DNA of 64,000 nt from positions 71,032 to 135,031 of the IMG/VR virus record IMGVR_UViG_3300035520_000763; one strand, given 5' to 3'. Each line of letters opens with the position of its first letter. Positions within the stretch are counted from its first letter, which is position 1. The notes below the pieces were generated by a model that was not told the DNA's origin, did not search any database, and saw only the letters and a program-made list of their open reading frames with translations. This DNA comes from a virus (Duplodnaviria > Heunggongvirae > Uroviricota > Caudoviricetes). Made by a program: the position numbers and the translations under genes. This document shows positions 47,177 through 56,836 of this stretch, piece by piece.

Positions 47177-47638
47177 ATGGAACGATTGACAGAGCATGAG
47201 CGGACTTCGACTGGAGCCGGAATCGCAAAGGAAAATCTCATTGATGAATATGAGGGTAAAGGAAGTATTAGCTCTTTTGGTATTAAGGCATTAACAAAAC
47301 TTGCAGATTATGAGGATTTAGAAGAACAGGGATTACTTATCAATTTAATACGTAATATTGGTGATACAGTTTTTGTAATCGCTCCAAAATATTGTGAATG
47401 TGAAAATCGGTACGATTGCGATGATTATGATTCAGAAGAATATCTTATAACATGGTGCGAAAAATATTGCCAAAATGGATATAAAGGACTTGGTATTATT
47501 CAAAATGTTGTAACTAAGATTGAGTTTAGGAACAATGGCATTTATTATGATACGTCAAAATGTGGTTATAGAAATTCTGAAAATATATTCTTAACAAAAT
47601 CCGAAGCAGAACAAAAACTGAAAGAATTAACGACATAA
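47177..47638 (+). CDS. hypothetical Cys-rich phage protein
   Basis: ORF track; RBS AAGGAGAAATGAGGTGA. Confidence 0.55.
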   Translation: MERLTEHERTSTGAGIAKENLIDEYEGKGSISSFGIKALTKLADYEDLEEQGLLINLIRNIGDTVFVIAPKYCECENRYDCDDYDSEEYLITWCEKYCQNGYKGLGIIQNVVTKIEFRNNGIYYDTSKCGYRNSENIFLTKSEAEQKLKELTT

Positions 47639-47675
47639 GCGTTTTTTCTATCATGAAATTAAACAGGAGGAACTA

Positions 47676-48029
47676 ATGACAATTAGAGAGAATATATTAG
47701 CAAGAATACCATTTCAAACAAGATTTTCTGGTATGTACGTTTTGGATAAGTCAAAAGATTGGATACTTAATACCATAAAAATATGTGGTATAGAAGATAA
47801 TTGTATAGATGGAAAGTCTATAAATTTTGATATATCTTCAATAAACAACAGAATTATTATTAGTCCACTAGAAAAATATGATGATTATTTTTTGGTTGCA
47901 GAGTATCTTTGTTTTGCTTCTGTTGTTGAAATTAAATCAGATGATTATATAGATGTTATTAAACAAAGTAATGGTAATTATCTATTTACTATGAAAAAAG
48001 GTGACTTAAATGATAACCAACAATCGTGA
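47676..48029 (+). CDS. hypothetical phage protein
   Basis: ORF track; RBS AGGAGGAA. Confidence 0.55.
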   Translation: MTIRENILARIPFQTRFSGMYVLDKSKDWILNTIKICGIEDNCIDGKSINFDISSINNRIIISPLEKYDDYFLVAEYLCFASVVEIKSDDYIDVIKQSNGNYLFTMKKGDLNDNQQS

Positions 48030-48186
48030 ACAAAAAATTTGTGATAAATATTCGGCTTATGATGAAACAGGTTATGTACACTGTAATGAATGTCCATTAA
48101 GAAAAAGCGAAGGAAATTATGATTTTCGGTGCAAGGCGAATAGTCATTATGATAGGCAAACAAAAGAATGGGAGTATGATAAATGA
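48010..48186 (+). CDS. small zinc-ribbon protein (58 aa)
   Basis: Self-translated; RBS AAGGTGA; CDKY...CNEC...C. Confidence 0.35.
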   Translation: MITNNREQKICDKYSAYDETGYVHCNECPLRKSEGNYDFRCKANSHYDRQTKEWEYDK

Positions 48187-48353
48187 GTAATAAACAAGAT
48201 ATGTCAAAAGAATGTGATTTTAAATATAACGAATACTGGTTGGCAGCCAATAAATTGTATACTATGTCACAAGATGACTGGTCTAAATGGTACAGCGAAC
48301 ATTGTGGCAAATGTCAATATATGTGTGAGATTTGTATGTATGGGGAAGAATAA
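48183..48353 (+). CDS. small Cys-rich protein (56 aa)
   Basis: Self-translated; ATGA-type coupling. Confidence 0.35.
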   Translation: MSNKQDMSKECDFKYNEYWLAANKLYTMSQDDWSKWYSEHCGKCQYMCEICMYGEE

Positions 48354-48371
48354 GTAAGGAGGAGATTATAA

Positions 48372-48689
48372 ATGTATATACCGCAAATTGGTGATGTTAT
48401 AAAAGATAATGGCTATTCAGTTGTTGTAGTGGATATGAAGAACTATGAAACATTTGGTAGTTGTTGTTATGATAGGCAATATCTGTTTTGTGATTTAGAT
48501 TATCTTGAAAAGAATCAAAGAATTGTCACAATGTCTGATTTAGAATCGCATGGCAGATGGGTTACTATTTATGGAACAAAATTTCCTGAAATTGAAAAAG
48601 TTGATAGTGTTGCACCATTTTCTATTGAGAATGTTGAATGTTGCATGATTAGACAAAAGGTGGCGAAGACAGTAACGGTTTACGAATAA
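48372..48689 (+). CDS. hypothetical phage protein
   Basis: ORF track; RBS TAAGGAGGAGA. Confidence 0.55.
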   Translation: MYIPQIGDVIKDNGYSVVVVDMKNYETFGSCCYDRQYLFCDLDYLEKNQRIVTMSDLESHGRWVTIYGTKFPEIEKVDSVAPFSIENVECCMIRQKVAKTVTVYE

Positions 48690-48797
48690 AAATCTTTCAT
48701 CTGCAAAAAAAATAAGAGGAGATGATACATAATACCAAGAATACAAAATGATAAATATTATACTCCAATTCCAATAGCAAATCATTGTTGGAATAAG

Positions 48798-49535
48798 GTG
48801 CTTGAAATTATAGGTGAAGAAAATATATCAGAGATAATCGAACCTAGTTGTGGCAATGGTTCATTCTATCACTATAACTCATATATCCCGCATTTCGGAT
48901 ATGACATAGAACCACAATGCGATTATCAAGGTGTGATTAAAGCTGATTTCTTAACACAGGACATACATTATTTATGGGGAAGATTAGTTATTGGCAATCC
49001 TCCATATGGTAGGTGTATGAATTTAGCACAGAAATTTTACAAGAAGTCGGTTGAGATTGCAGATTACATAGCATTTATCCTTCCTATAAGCCAGTTAAAC
49101 AATACAAGGTCAATGTATGAGTTTGACTTAATATATAGTGAAGATTTAGGAATAGCCACTTATACCGATAGGGAGTTACATTGCTGTTTTAATATTTATA
49201 AGCGTCCTGAAAATGGAGTATTAAATAAGAAGCCAACGGCAAAATTAAAGGATATTACAATCTATCGGCAAGATTGTAAGGATTATGAGAATAAAGATTT
49301 TGATATCCGTATGTGCTATTGGGGAGATGGTACAGCAGGTAAGATTTTAAAAGATGATGAGCATTATTCTGCCGAGTATAAAATCAAGGTTAATGACGAT
49401 TCAAAAAGAGAAGATATTATTAGAGTGTTATCTACATTTGACTGGAAAGAATATTTGAACTGTATAGCGATGAGAAAAATTCAACAGTTTCATATTGTAG
49501 ATGTACTAAAAGATAATATAAGTGGAATTAAATAA
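48798..49535 (+). CDS. N6-adenine DNA methyltransferase (motif I EPSCGNGSF, motif IV NPPY); true N-terminus probably upstream (frame open from 48726 and encodes YYTP motif without a canonical start)
   Basis: Motifs from translation; GTG start per ORF track. Confidence 0.65.
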   Translation: MLEIIGEENISEIIEPSCGNGSFYHYNSYIPHFGYDIEPQCDYQGVIKADFLTQDIHYLWGRLVIGNPPYGRCMNLAQKFYKKSVEIADYIAFILPISQLNNTRSMYEFDLIYSEDLGIATYTDRELHCCFNIYKRPENGVLNKKPTAKLKDITIYRQDCKDYENKDFDIRMCYWGDGTAGKILKDDEHYSAEYKIKVNDDSKREDIIRVLSTFDWKEYLNCIAMRKIQQFHIVDVLKDNISGIK

Positions 49536-49607
49536 TTACAAGAAAGGATATAAGGCGTTGCAACCGTAAGAGATATCTGTCCTTTTTGGTAAAAGAAAAT
49601 AAAATAC

Positions 49608-50330
49608 ATGGGTTCAAAGAGCAGAATAGTTAATAACATTCTGCCAATAATTCAACAAAGATTAAAAGATTATAATATTAAAACATATATTGAGCCATTT
49701 TGCGGCGGGCTTAATGTAATAGACAAAGTGGTTTGTAATAAGAAAATTGCATCAGATAATCATAAATATCTTATTGCCATGTTCCAAAATTTAGACAAAA
49801 TTCAAGAACTTCCCGATTTTGTAACAAAAGAACATTATTCAGAAGTAAGAGATTGCTTTAATGAAGGAGAAGTATATTTTCCAGATTGGTACATAGGAGC
49901 AATCGGTTTTCTTGCAAGCTATAACGGAAGATTTTTTGATGGTGGATATTCAGGATTAGTCAACACGAAAGCTGGTACTGTAAGAAACTATTATGACGAA
50001 GCAAAAAGAAATTTAATAGAACAGATACAAAACTTGCAAGATATAGAGTTTCGATGCTGCGATTACAGAGAATATACAGATTATGAAGATTGTTTGTTCT
50101 ATTTAGATCCACCATATAAGGGTAAGAAACAATATGGTTCAAGTAAGGAATTTAATCATGATGAGTTTTGGAACTGGTGTAGACATATGAGTGAGAAAAA
50201 TATTGTACTTATTAGTGAGCATGAGGCTCCTTCGGATTTTGAATGTATCTGGGAGCAACCGGTTAAAAGAACAATTGACAATAATAAGCGTGTAAATGTA
50301 GTTGAAAGATTATTCGAGATTAGAGAGTGA
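49608..50330 (+). CDS. dam: Dam-family (D12-class) DNA adenine methyltransferase
   Basis: Motif I IEPFCGGLNV and motif IV YLDPPYKG characteristic of Dam-like MTases. Confidence 0.75.
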   Translation: MGSKSRIVNNILPIIQQRLKDYNIKTYIEPFCGGLNVIDKVVCNKKIASDNHKYLIAMFQNLDKIQELPDFVTKEHYSEVRDCFNEGEVYFPDWYIGAIGFLASYNGRFFDGGYSGLVNTKAGTVRNYYDEAKRNLIEQIQNLQDIEFRCCDYREYTDYEDCLFYLDPPYKGKKQYGSSKEFNHDEFWNWCRHMSEKNIVLISEHEAPSDFECIWEQPVKRTIDNNKRVNVVERLFEIRE

Positions 50331-50350
50331 ATAATAGAAAAGGATAGTAT

Positions 50351-50770
50351 ATGGATGTATTGTTTAAAGCTAAAAGTATAGAAGAAGATACATATGGACA
50401 ATGGGTTTATGGATATTTGGTTAAAGGTAAGTGGTATCTGAATAACGTCTATGATATGTATGTAATTATGCCAACAGGAGTGAGTTTTTATCCTTATGAT
50501 ACAGTTGACGAATATATTGAAGTTGATCCAGAAACAATTTGTAGATTTACCGGATTATCAGATGGAGAATATAAGATATGGGAGCATGATATCTTTCGAT
50601 ATGATAATGAAATGTATGAAGTTATGTGGTGCGACGAATCATTGAGTTGGGATGCAGTTTCGGTTTGCTCGTCAGAATCAATCAGTCTTGGAGAATTTTC
50701 TATCAGAGAAATAAATGTTATAGGAAATTCAATTGAGAATCTAAGAGGAGAGGATCAAAAGCATGAATAA
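50351..50770 (+). CDS. hypothetical phage protein
   Basis: ORF track; RBS AAAGGATAG. Confidence 0.5.
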   Translation: MDVLFKAKSIEEDTYGQWVYGYLVKGKWYLNNVYDMYVIMPTGVSFYPYDTVDEYIEVDPETICRFTGLSDGEYKIWEHDIFRYDNEMYEVMWCDESLSWDAVSVCSSESISLGEFSIREINVIGNSIENLRGEDQKHE

Positions 50771-51104
50771 AGAAATATTATTGAAAGAAAAAGAAAATCT
50801 TGAATATAAATTATCGCTTATAAATAAAGCTTTGAATAATTCAGAGCAAGGCAGGATACAGCCAGAAGAATTTCAAATTAGGTTCGATCCTTGGAGAGAT
50901 GACATTATATGGCAAATTGCTAATATTATTAGAACTTCACCTATTGTTAATAAAAATTATCCTTGGGGATATGACTGTGATATATGTAGAGAATGTGGAA
51001 ATAATTGTTCTTGTGATGGAGACGGCATTGATTGCAATTTTGCTTTTATGGAATATTTTGAGAGAGAATTAAGAGATAGAGGATATTATGAAGGAAAGGG
51101 ATAA
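50763..51104 (+). CDS. hypothetical Cys-rich protein (CDICRECGNNCSCDGDGIDC)
   Basis: ORF track. Confidence 0.5.
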   Translation: MNKEILLKEKENLEYKLSLINKALNNSEQGRIQPEEFQIRFDPWRDDIIWQIANIIRTSPIVNKNYPWGYDCDICRECGNNCSCDGDGIDCNFAFMEYFERELRDRGYYEGKG

Positions 51105-51170
51105 TTGTTAAAAATTTAAAATGACATCAGTAATAGAATCTGTGATTTATTTGGATTTTTGGAGGTAATG

Positions 51171-51713
51171 ATGAGCAGTGAATATAAAGTAGAAAGTGAT
51201 TTTGAATATAAAGGACATAGATGTGTCGTACTATTCCAAGATTTAGGACATAGATGCGGATATGTTTCTATTGATAAGACCAGTAGATTATATGGAAAAG
51301 ATCAAAGTGACTATCTTGATGTAAATAAAGAAGAATTGTATGGAGAAGAAGTTGGTAAAAGAAGTCCTATTTCTATATTGTTAGCAGCACTTGACGATGA
51401 TAACGACAGTGTAACCATTGGTCTTTATTTTAATGTTCATGGTGGAATTACATATTGCGGTGGTGGAGAAAATTCTAAATATCCGGTTAAAAGTAATTAT
51501 TGGTGGTTTGGTTTTGATTGTGCTCACTATATGGACAATATAGATACTGAAAAACTTATGGAATATTTCCCAGATAGTAAATTTACTAAGAGCAGAATTG
51601 AGAACGCAATAATGTTTGATAGTGGTTATGTTAGATATTTGGATTATGTAGAACAGGAATGTAGGAACTTGGTAGATCAGATTGAGGGGCTGGAAGAAAA
51701 ATGGAAGATTTGA
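51171..51713 (+). CDS. hypothetical phage protein
   Basis: ORF track (51159..); ATG after GGAGG. Confidence 0.5.
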   Translation: MSSEYKVESDFEYKGHRCVVLFQDLGHRCGYVSIDKTSRLYGKDQSDYLDVNKEELYGEEVGKRSPISILLAALDDDNDSVTIGLYFNVHGGITYCGGGENSKYPVKSNYWWFGFDCAHYMDNIDTEKLMEYFPDSKFTKSRIENAIMFDSGYVRYLDYVEQECRNLVDQIEGLEEKWKI

Positions 51714-51940
51714 TTATAGTACAATATTTCCCATTAGAGTGTAGGATAGGAAGATTTGCTAGAACAAGGGCAGATTGTGAAAATTTTAATGAACTATTTA
51801 GAGAAGAAGTTAATGCTTCTGATTGGGAACACCATAGCATTGTAATGTTTTTGATTGATCCTGAATATAAACTTCGAACACCAGTAAGTATAGAACATGA
51901 ATGTTATTCTACATTTAAATATTTTTATAAAAATCATTAA
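51701..51940 (+). CDS. hypothetical phage protein
   Basis: ORF track; overlaps upstream gene. Confidence 0.45.
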   Translation: MEDLIIVQYFPLECRIGRFARTRADCENFNELFREEVNASDWEHHSIVMFLIDPEYKLRTPVSIEHECYSTFKYFYKNH

Positions 51941-51956
51941 GTAAAGGAGTTAATAA

Positions 51957-52418
51957 ATGGGAAATATTGGTGATTCAAATACAGACAAAGTAACATTTAT
52001 ATTAGAAGTAGATGAAGATGATAATGAAATTAAAAACGATGAAAATACGTTTGATAAAAAGGTTAGAAAACCAAGATTCGAAAAGAGTAATATGTGCGGA
52101 ACAGTTGAGTCTTGTAAGAAATTATATGAAGAAGTAAAGCAGTGGAATCGTATTGATAAATCAGATATATCTCCTTTAAAAGGTATTACTTATGGTATGG
52201 GCTATACGGAAAGTGATTTAGTATATCATGGTTGGGAAGGTGAAGGGCTAAGACGAGAATGTGCAGCAATAAATGCTGTTGTAGATGCTGCATATTATCT
52301 TCAAAATGTTCTCGAAGATGTCCTTGGTATTGAGTCAGAAGAATATATTAGTGATCTAAGAAATGATGAATACGGAAGATATAAGTTGATTGATACGAAG
52401 AAGCTGAACAAAAGTTAA
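51957..52418 (+). CDS. hypothetical phage protein
   Basis: ORF track; RBS AAAGGAGTTAA. Confidence 0.55.
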   Translation: MGNIGDSNTDKVTFILEVDEDDNEIKNDENTFDKKVRKPRFEKSNMCGTVESCKKLYEEVKQWNRIDKSDISPLKGITYGMGYTESDLVYHGWEGEGLRRECAAINAVVDAAYYLQNVLEDVLGIESEEYISDLRNDEYGRYKLIDTKKLNKS

Positions 52419-52457
52419 TTGATGTAAAAATGAATCCAGAATTTAGGAGAAATATTT

Positions 52458-52664
52458 ATGGCATTAGGTGATGGAATTGCAAGGAATAAGGGTAGAAAAT
52501 CATTTGCTTTTCAAAAAGGCTATAAGTGTGCAATTGATGAAATGACAGGCAATCTTATCCGCAATAGCAGAACAGAGGTTGTTGATGGGAAAATATGTCT
52601 GATTGTTACAGACGAACGCATTAAAGTAATTGCCGATGAAATGAAGAAAGCTTTAGACATTTAA
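52458..52664 (+). CDS. hypothetical phage protein
   Basis: ORF track; RBS TAGGAGAAATA. Confidence 0.5.
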   Translation: MALGDGIARNKGRKSFAFQKGYKCAIDEMTGNLIRNSRTEVVDGKICLIVTDERIKVIADEMKKALDI

Positions 52665-52709
52665 ATCCGGCATTTTATAGAGAGATTTTTTAATTAAGGA
52701 GGAGACAAA

Positions 52710-53066
52710 ATGAGTGTTGATTTTTGGTCATGTCATAATTGTGGAGAAACATTTCCTGATTGTGGTGAATATGTAAGTTGTGAATCATGTGGAACGGTTT
52801 GGTGTTGCGATGAATGTGCGGAAGAAGAGGGTTACATAGAAGAACATTGTAAAAAGTGGGATGTTTGTGGATATGATGATTTAAATGAAGAAAGAAAGAT
52901 AAGAAAGTGTGATTATGAATGGTGCGATACATGTCCAGAATATGTTGCTGATAGTTGTAAATATTGTAGAGGGGAAGATTACGAAGATTCAGAACTTCTT
53001 GATAAGGCTTTAGAACTTTTGAAAATGAAAAGAGAAGATTTAGTGGATATTATGAATAAGAAATAG
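52710..53066 (+). CDS. Cys-rich (multi-CxxC) zinc-binding protein
   Basis: ORF track; RBS AAGGAGGAGA; at least 8 CxxC pairs. Confidence 0.55.
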   Translation: MSVDFWSCHNCGETFPDCGEYVSCESCGTVWCCDECAEEEGYIEEHCKKWDVCGYDDLNEERKIRKCDYEWCDTCPEYVADSCKYCRGEDYEDSELLDKALELLKMKREDLVDIMNKK

Positions 53067-53109
53067 TCTTTATATGATAATTATAAGAAGTTAATCAGGA
53101 GGAAAAATA

Positions 53110-54150
53110 ATGACTATTGAACAGATCAAAACAAAATTAAAGTCAGAAGAATATGATTTTCTTAAAAATAATGAACATTTGGGAAGTAATATTATTTTAT
53201 TAACTCTAGGTGGTAGCTATGCTTACGGTACTAACATTAATACATCTGATTATATGAGCGATTTAGACTTCAGAGGAGTTGCATTAAATAAAAAAGAAGA
53301 AATTTTAATAGGGCACCCTTTCGAACAAGTTGATAATCGTGAGACAGATACCGTGATTTATAGTTTCAATAAGATTATAAAACTTCTTACAAATTGTAAT
53401 CCTAATGTTATTGAGCTTTTAGGCGGAAAGAAGGAATATTATTTATATAAATCAAAAATTGGAGATGAGTTGATTGAGAATAGAAAGTTATTCTTATCTA
53501 AAAAAGCTGCTTTTACATTTGGGGCTTATGCAAGTAGTCAATTATATCGTTTAAATCAGAAATCGGCACATCAATTATCACAAGCTGGATTAGAACAGCA
53601 TATCCTAAAGACGCTTGAATTTATGAAGACTGATTTCAATAAGAAATATTCAGATTTTGCTGAAGATCAGATTAGTCTTTATATTGATAAGGCAATACAG
53701 GAAGGATATGATACAGAAATTTTTATGGATATAAAGCTGACTCATTATCCTTTACGTGATTATTGTTCAATGTGGAGTGAATTGCAAAATACGGTTAAAG
53801 CATATGGAAAGATTGGAAAACGTAATGAGAAAGCGATTGAACATGGGAAAATCGCAAAGCATATGATGCATTTGATTCGCCTCTATATGATGTGTCTGGA
53901 TATTCTTGAAAAAGAGAAGATTATCACATACAGAGAAAAAGAGCATAATCTGTTAATGGATATTCGTAATGGTAAATTCCTTGATGATAATGACCAACCA
54001 ATTCCAGAGTTCTTTGAAATGGTTAATGATTATGAGAAGAAACTGGATTATGCGAAAGAGAATACTAATCTGCCGGATAATCCAGATTATAATGCAATCA
54101 ATGAGTTTGTTGCTAGTGTCAACGAAAGGGTGGTAAAAGGTGAAATTTAA
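53110..54150 (+). CDS. predicted nucleotidyltransferase (Pol-beta-fold, PF10127-like; GS...DLDFRG and NPNVIELL motifs)
   Basis: Motifs TLGGSYAYGT...SDLDFRGVA...NCNPNVIELLGG read from translation. Confidence 0.55.
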   Translation: MTIEQIKTKLKSEEYDFLKNNEHLGSNIILLTLGGSYAYGTNINTSDYMSDLDFRGVALNKKEEILIGHPFEQVDNRETDTVIYSFNKIIKLLTNCNPNVIELLGGKKEYYLYKSKIGDELIENRKLFLSKKAAFTFGAYASSQLYRLNQKSAHQLSQAGLEQHILKTLEFMKTDFNKKYSDFAEDQISLYIDKAIQEGYDTEIFMDIKLTHYPLRDYCSMWSELQNTVKAYGKIGKRNEKAIEHGKIAKHMMHLIRLYMMCLDILEKEKIITYREKEHNLLMDIRNGKFLDDNDQPIPEFFEMVNDYEKKLDYAKENTNLPDNPDYNAINEFVASVNERVVKGEI

Positions 54151-55495
54151 TGTAAATATACCGACAGATGCGAATGAGCTAATCCATACATTACAGAAAA
54201 ATGGACACTCAGCATATGTGGTTGGTGGTTGTGTCAGGGACAGCGTATTAGGTAGAATCCCGCATGATTGGGATATATGTACATCAGCTACACCATCTGA
54301 AATGTTAGAAATTTTCAAAGATAGAAGAATAATTGAAACTGGTTTGCAGCATGGAACGGTAACTGTTGTAGTGAACAATGAGCCTTATGAAATTACTACC
54401 TTTCGGATTGACGGTAATTATTCAGATAATCGTAGACCAGATAATGTAACATTCACAGATAGTTTAAGAGAAGATTTAAAACGAAGAGATTTTACTATCA
54501 ACGCAATGGCTTATAACGATGAAGAAGGTTTGATTGATCCGTTTCATGGTATGGAAGATATTAATCATAGAAAAATAGATTGTGTTGGTTCAGCAAAAGA
54601 TAGATTTAGTGAAGATACTCTAAGAATACTTCGTGCAATAAGATTTGCAGCACAGTTGGATTTTGTAATATCTCCTGATACTGATTGGGAAATTCATCGA
54701 CAGTACAAGAGTTTAGAGAATATATCTATTGAAAGAATTAATAGTGAATTTTGTAAAATCGCTTCTTCAGATACTTTTTGTATTCAGCTTCTTTTATATA
54801 ATGATGTATTTTCTTTATTTATCCCAGAATTAAAGAATATGATTGACTTCCCTCAAAACAATCCGTACCACGAATATGATGTGTTTGACCACACCATTCA
54901 TGCATTAGAACGATGTGATAGTAAGGATTTAACTGTGAGATTAGCTGTGTTATTTCATGATTTTGGGAAAACACATTGTTATCAGGATGGAGAAGATGGT
55001 ATTAGGCATTTCAAAGGACATGGAAAAGTAAGTGCCGAAATGACTGATTGGATTATGAAATGTCTTAAATTTGATAATAAGATGAGAAATAATGTTGTAG
55101 AACTTGTTTATTATCACGATGCTACATTTGAAGTTGGAAAGAAGTATATAAAGAGATGGCTTAATAAAATTGGGGTAAAACAGTTTAAACGATTATTAGA
55201 AGTAAGAAAAGCTGATATAAAAGGTCAAAAAGCAGAATACGAAAAAGAACGAATAGAGAAAATAAATAATATAGAGAAGATTCTGGAAGAAGTATTACAG
55301 GAGCAAGAATGTTTCTCTTTGAAAAATTTGGCGGTCAACGGCAATGACTTAATTGAAATGGGTTATAAATCCGGAAAAGAATTAGGTAAAACATTGAATC
55401 TGCTCTTACAGATGGTTATTGATGGTGATTGCCCAAATGATAAAGAGAAATTATTACAAGAAGCAGAAAATTTGTGGATGGAAAGGAGAATGTAA
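54140..55495 (+). CDS. cca: CCA-adding tRNA nucleotidyltransferase with HD phosphohydrolase domain
   Basis: Head motifs VVGGCVRD...WDI (DxD), RRDFTINAMAY, LRAIRFAAQL; HD motif VLFHDFGK; 451 aa. Confidence 0.8.
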   Translation: MKFNVNIPTDANELIHTLQKNGHSAYVVGGCVRDSVLGRIPHDWDICTSATPSEMLEIFKDRRIIETGLQHGTVTVVVNNEPYEITTFRIDGNYSDNRRPDNVTFTDSLREDLKRRDFTINAMAYNDEEGLIDPFHGMEDINHRKIDCVGSAKDRFSEDTLRILRAIRFAAQLDFVISPDTDWEIHRQYKSLENISIERINSEFCKIASSDTFCIQLLLYNDVFSLFIPELKNMIDFPQNNPYHEYDVFDHTIHALERCDSKDLTVRLAVLFHDFGKTHCYQDGEDGIRHFKGHGKVSAEMTDWIMKCLKFDNKMRNNVVELVYYHDATFEVGKKYIKRWLNKIGVKQFKRLLEVRKADIKGQKAEYEKERIEKINNIEKILEEVLQEQECFSLKNLAVNGNDLIEMGYKSGKELGKTLNLLLQMVIDGDCPNDKEKLLQEAENLWMERRM

Positions 55496-55498
55496 GTA

Positions 55499-56386
55499 TT
55501 GAAATGTTTTTACCATACGGATGAGGATGGCAAGTGTAGTGCATTTTGGGTAAAAGAACTTGCAAAACACTATGATAATTATGATATAGAATTTATACCT
55601 ATTAACTACGGTATGGATTTTCCGTTTGACTCTATTAGAGAAAATGAACAGGTATACATTGTTGATTATTCAATCTTTCCTAATGAAATGGAGAAGTTAT
55701 TAGAGATAACAAAAGATGTTACGTGGATAGATCATCATATTTCTGCAATTAACAGATACAATACTCCTGAGTTTTCGCATTTACATATTAAGGGATTGAG
55801 ATATGACGGAATTGCCGGTTGTATGCTTACATATTGCTACTTGAAACATATGGTTAAAGTGGAGCAGAAAAATGGAAGTATAGTTTGTACTCCGTTCGAT
55901 ATTTCAATGACAGAAGATGCCCCTATGTTTACAACGTATATAGCAGATTTTGATGTGTGGAAATTTGAATATGAACCCACAAAAGCATTTGAAATGGGTT
56001 TACAGTTATATGATTTAGATCCAAATAGTAGAGTGTGGAAGTCATTTTATTATGAAAGTGAGATTCAAAATATTATCAAAGACGGTTATCTTTTATTAGA
56101 TTATCGTGATAAATGGTCTAAAGAATATTGCGAATGTACTGGCTTTGATGTGGAATTTGAAGGATATAAATGTTTTGCTGTAAATTTAGCGATGATTAGT
56201 AGCGACAATTTTAAATCAATAAATGAAGAAGATTATGATATGTTTATTGGCTTTTCATATAATGGCAGATCATGGAATTATTCACTCCGTTCTACAAAGG
56301 TTGATTGTTCCAAGATTGCTATGAAATATGGTGGCGGTGGACATAAAGGTGCATCAGGTTTCAGTTCAGATAGGTTGTTGTTTTAA
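55499..56386 (+). CDS. DHH/DHHA1-family phosphoesterase (NrnA/RecJ-like)
   Basis: Motif I HTDEDGKCSA, motif III WIDHH, DHHA1 GGGGH; TTG start per ORF track. Confidence 0.65.
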   Translation: MKCFYHTDEDGKCSAFWVKELAKHYDNYDIEFIPINYGMDFPFDSIRENEQVYIVDYSIFPNEMEKLLEITKDVTWIDHHISAINRYNTPEFSHLHIKGLRYDGIAGCMLTYCYLKHMVKVEQKNGSIVCTPFDISMTEDAPMFTTYIADFDVWKFEYEPTKAFEMGLQLYDLDPNSRVWKSFYYESEIQNIIKDGYLLLDYRDKWSKEYCECTGFDVEFEGYKCFAVNLAMISSDNFKSINEEDYDMFIGFSYNGRSWNYSLRSTKVDCSKIAMKYGGGGHKGASGFSSDRLLF

Positions 56387-56445
56387 AGGTTAGAAATATG
56401 AGATGAGTAAATAGAGAAGAATTAAGTAGACAACCAAATGGCACA

Positions 56446-56802
56446 GTGTTCAGTGAAATTACGGATGAGAATTTTTATCATGGTACTATTGGAGATTTAG
56501 AGATTGGTCAATTGACAGTTATTTGTGGATATAGCGAAGAATATGGTTTCTTTAATGGAACAGTTAGTTTACCGGAATATATTTCAATTAGTCGAGAAAA
56601 TGGTATTCGTGATTTAGATTATACATTTGATGAATATGTTTCCACCGACAATTCACTTTACGATTATGACGAAAACAGTATGTTTATTGTGTATGATGAG
56701 GCAGATATTGTAGAAATAATTAATGTATTACAGTGGGCTTTGTGTGGTTGTAAATCAAAATTATTTACAAGAGGAAATATTGAGTATGAACAAAAGTATT
56801 AA
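56446..56802 (+). CDS. hypothetical phage protein (GTG start, weak RBS)
   Basis: ORF track. Confidence 0.4.
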   Translation: MFSEITDENFYHGTIGDLEIGQLTVICGYSEEYGFFNGTVSLPEYISISRENGIRDLDYTFDEYVSTDNSLYDYDENSMFIVYDEADIVEIINVLQWALCGCKSKLFTRGNIEYEQKY

Positions 56803-56836
56803 AAATATTAAGAAATGGTAAATAGGGGGTACATAA

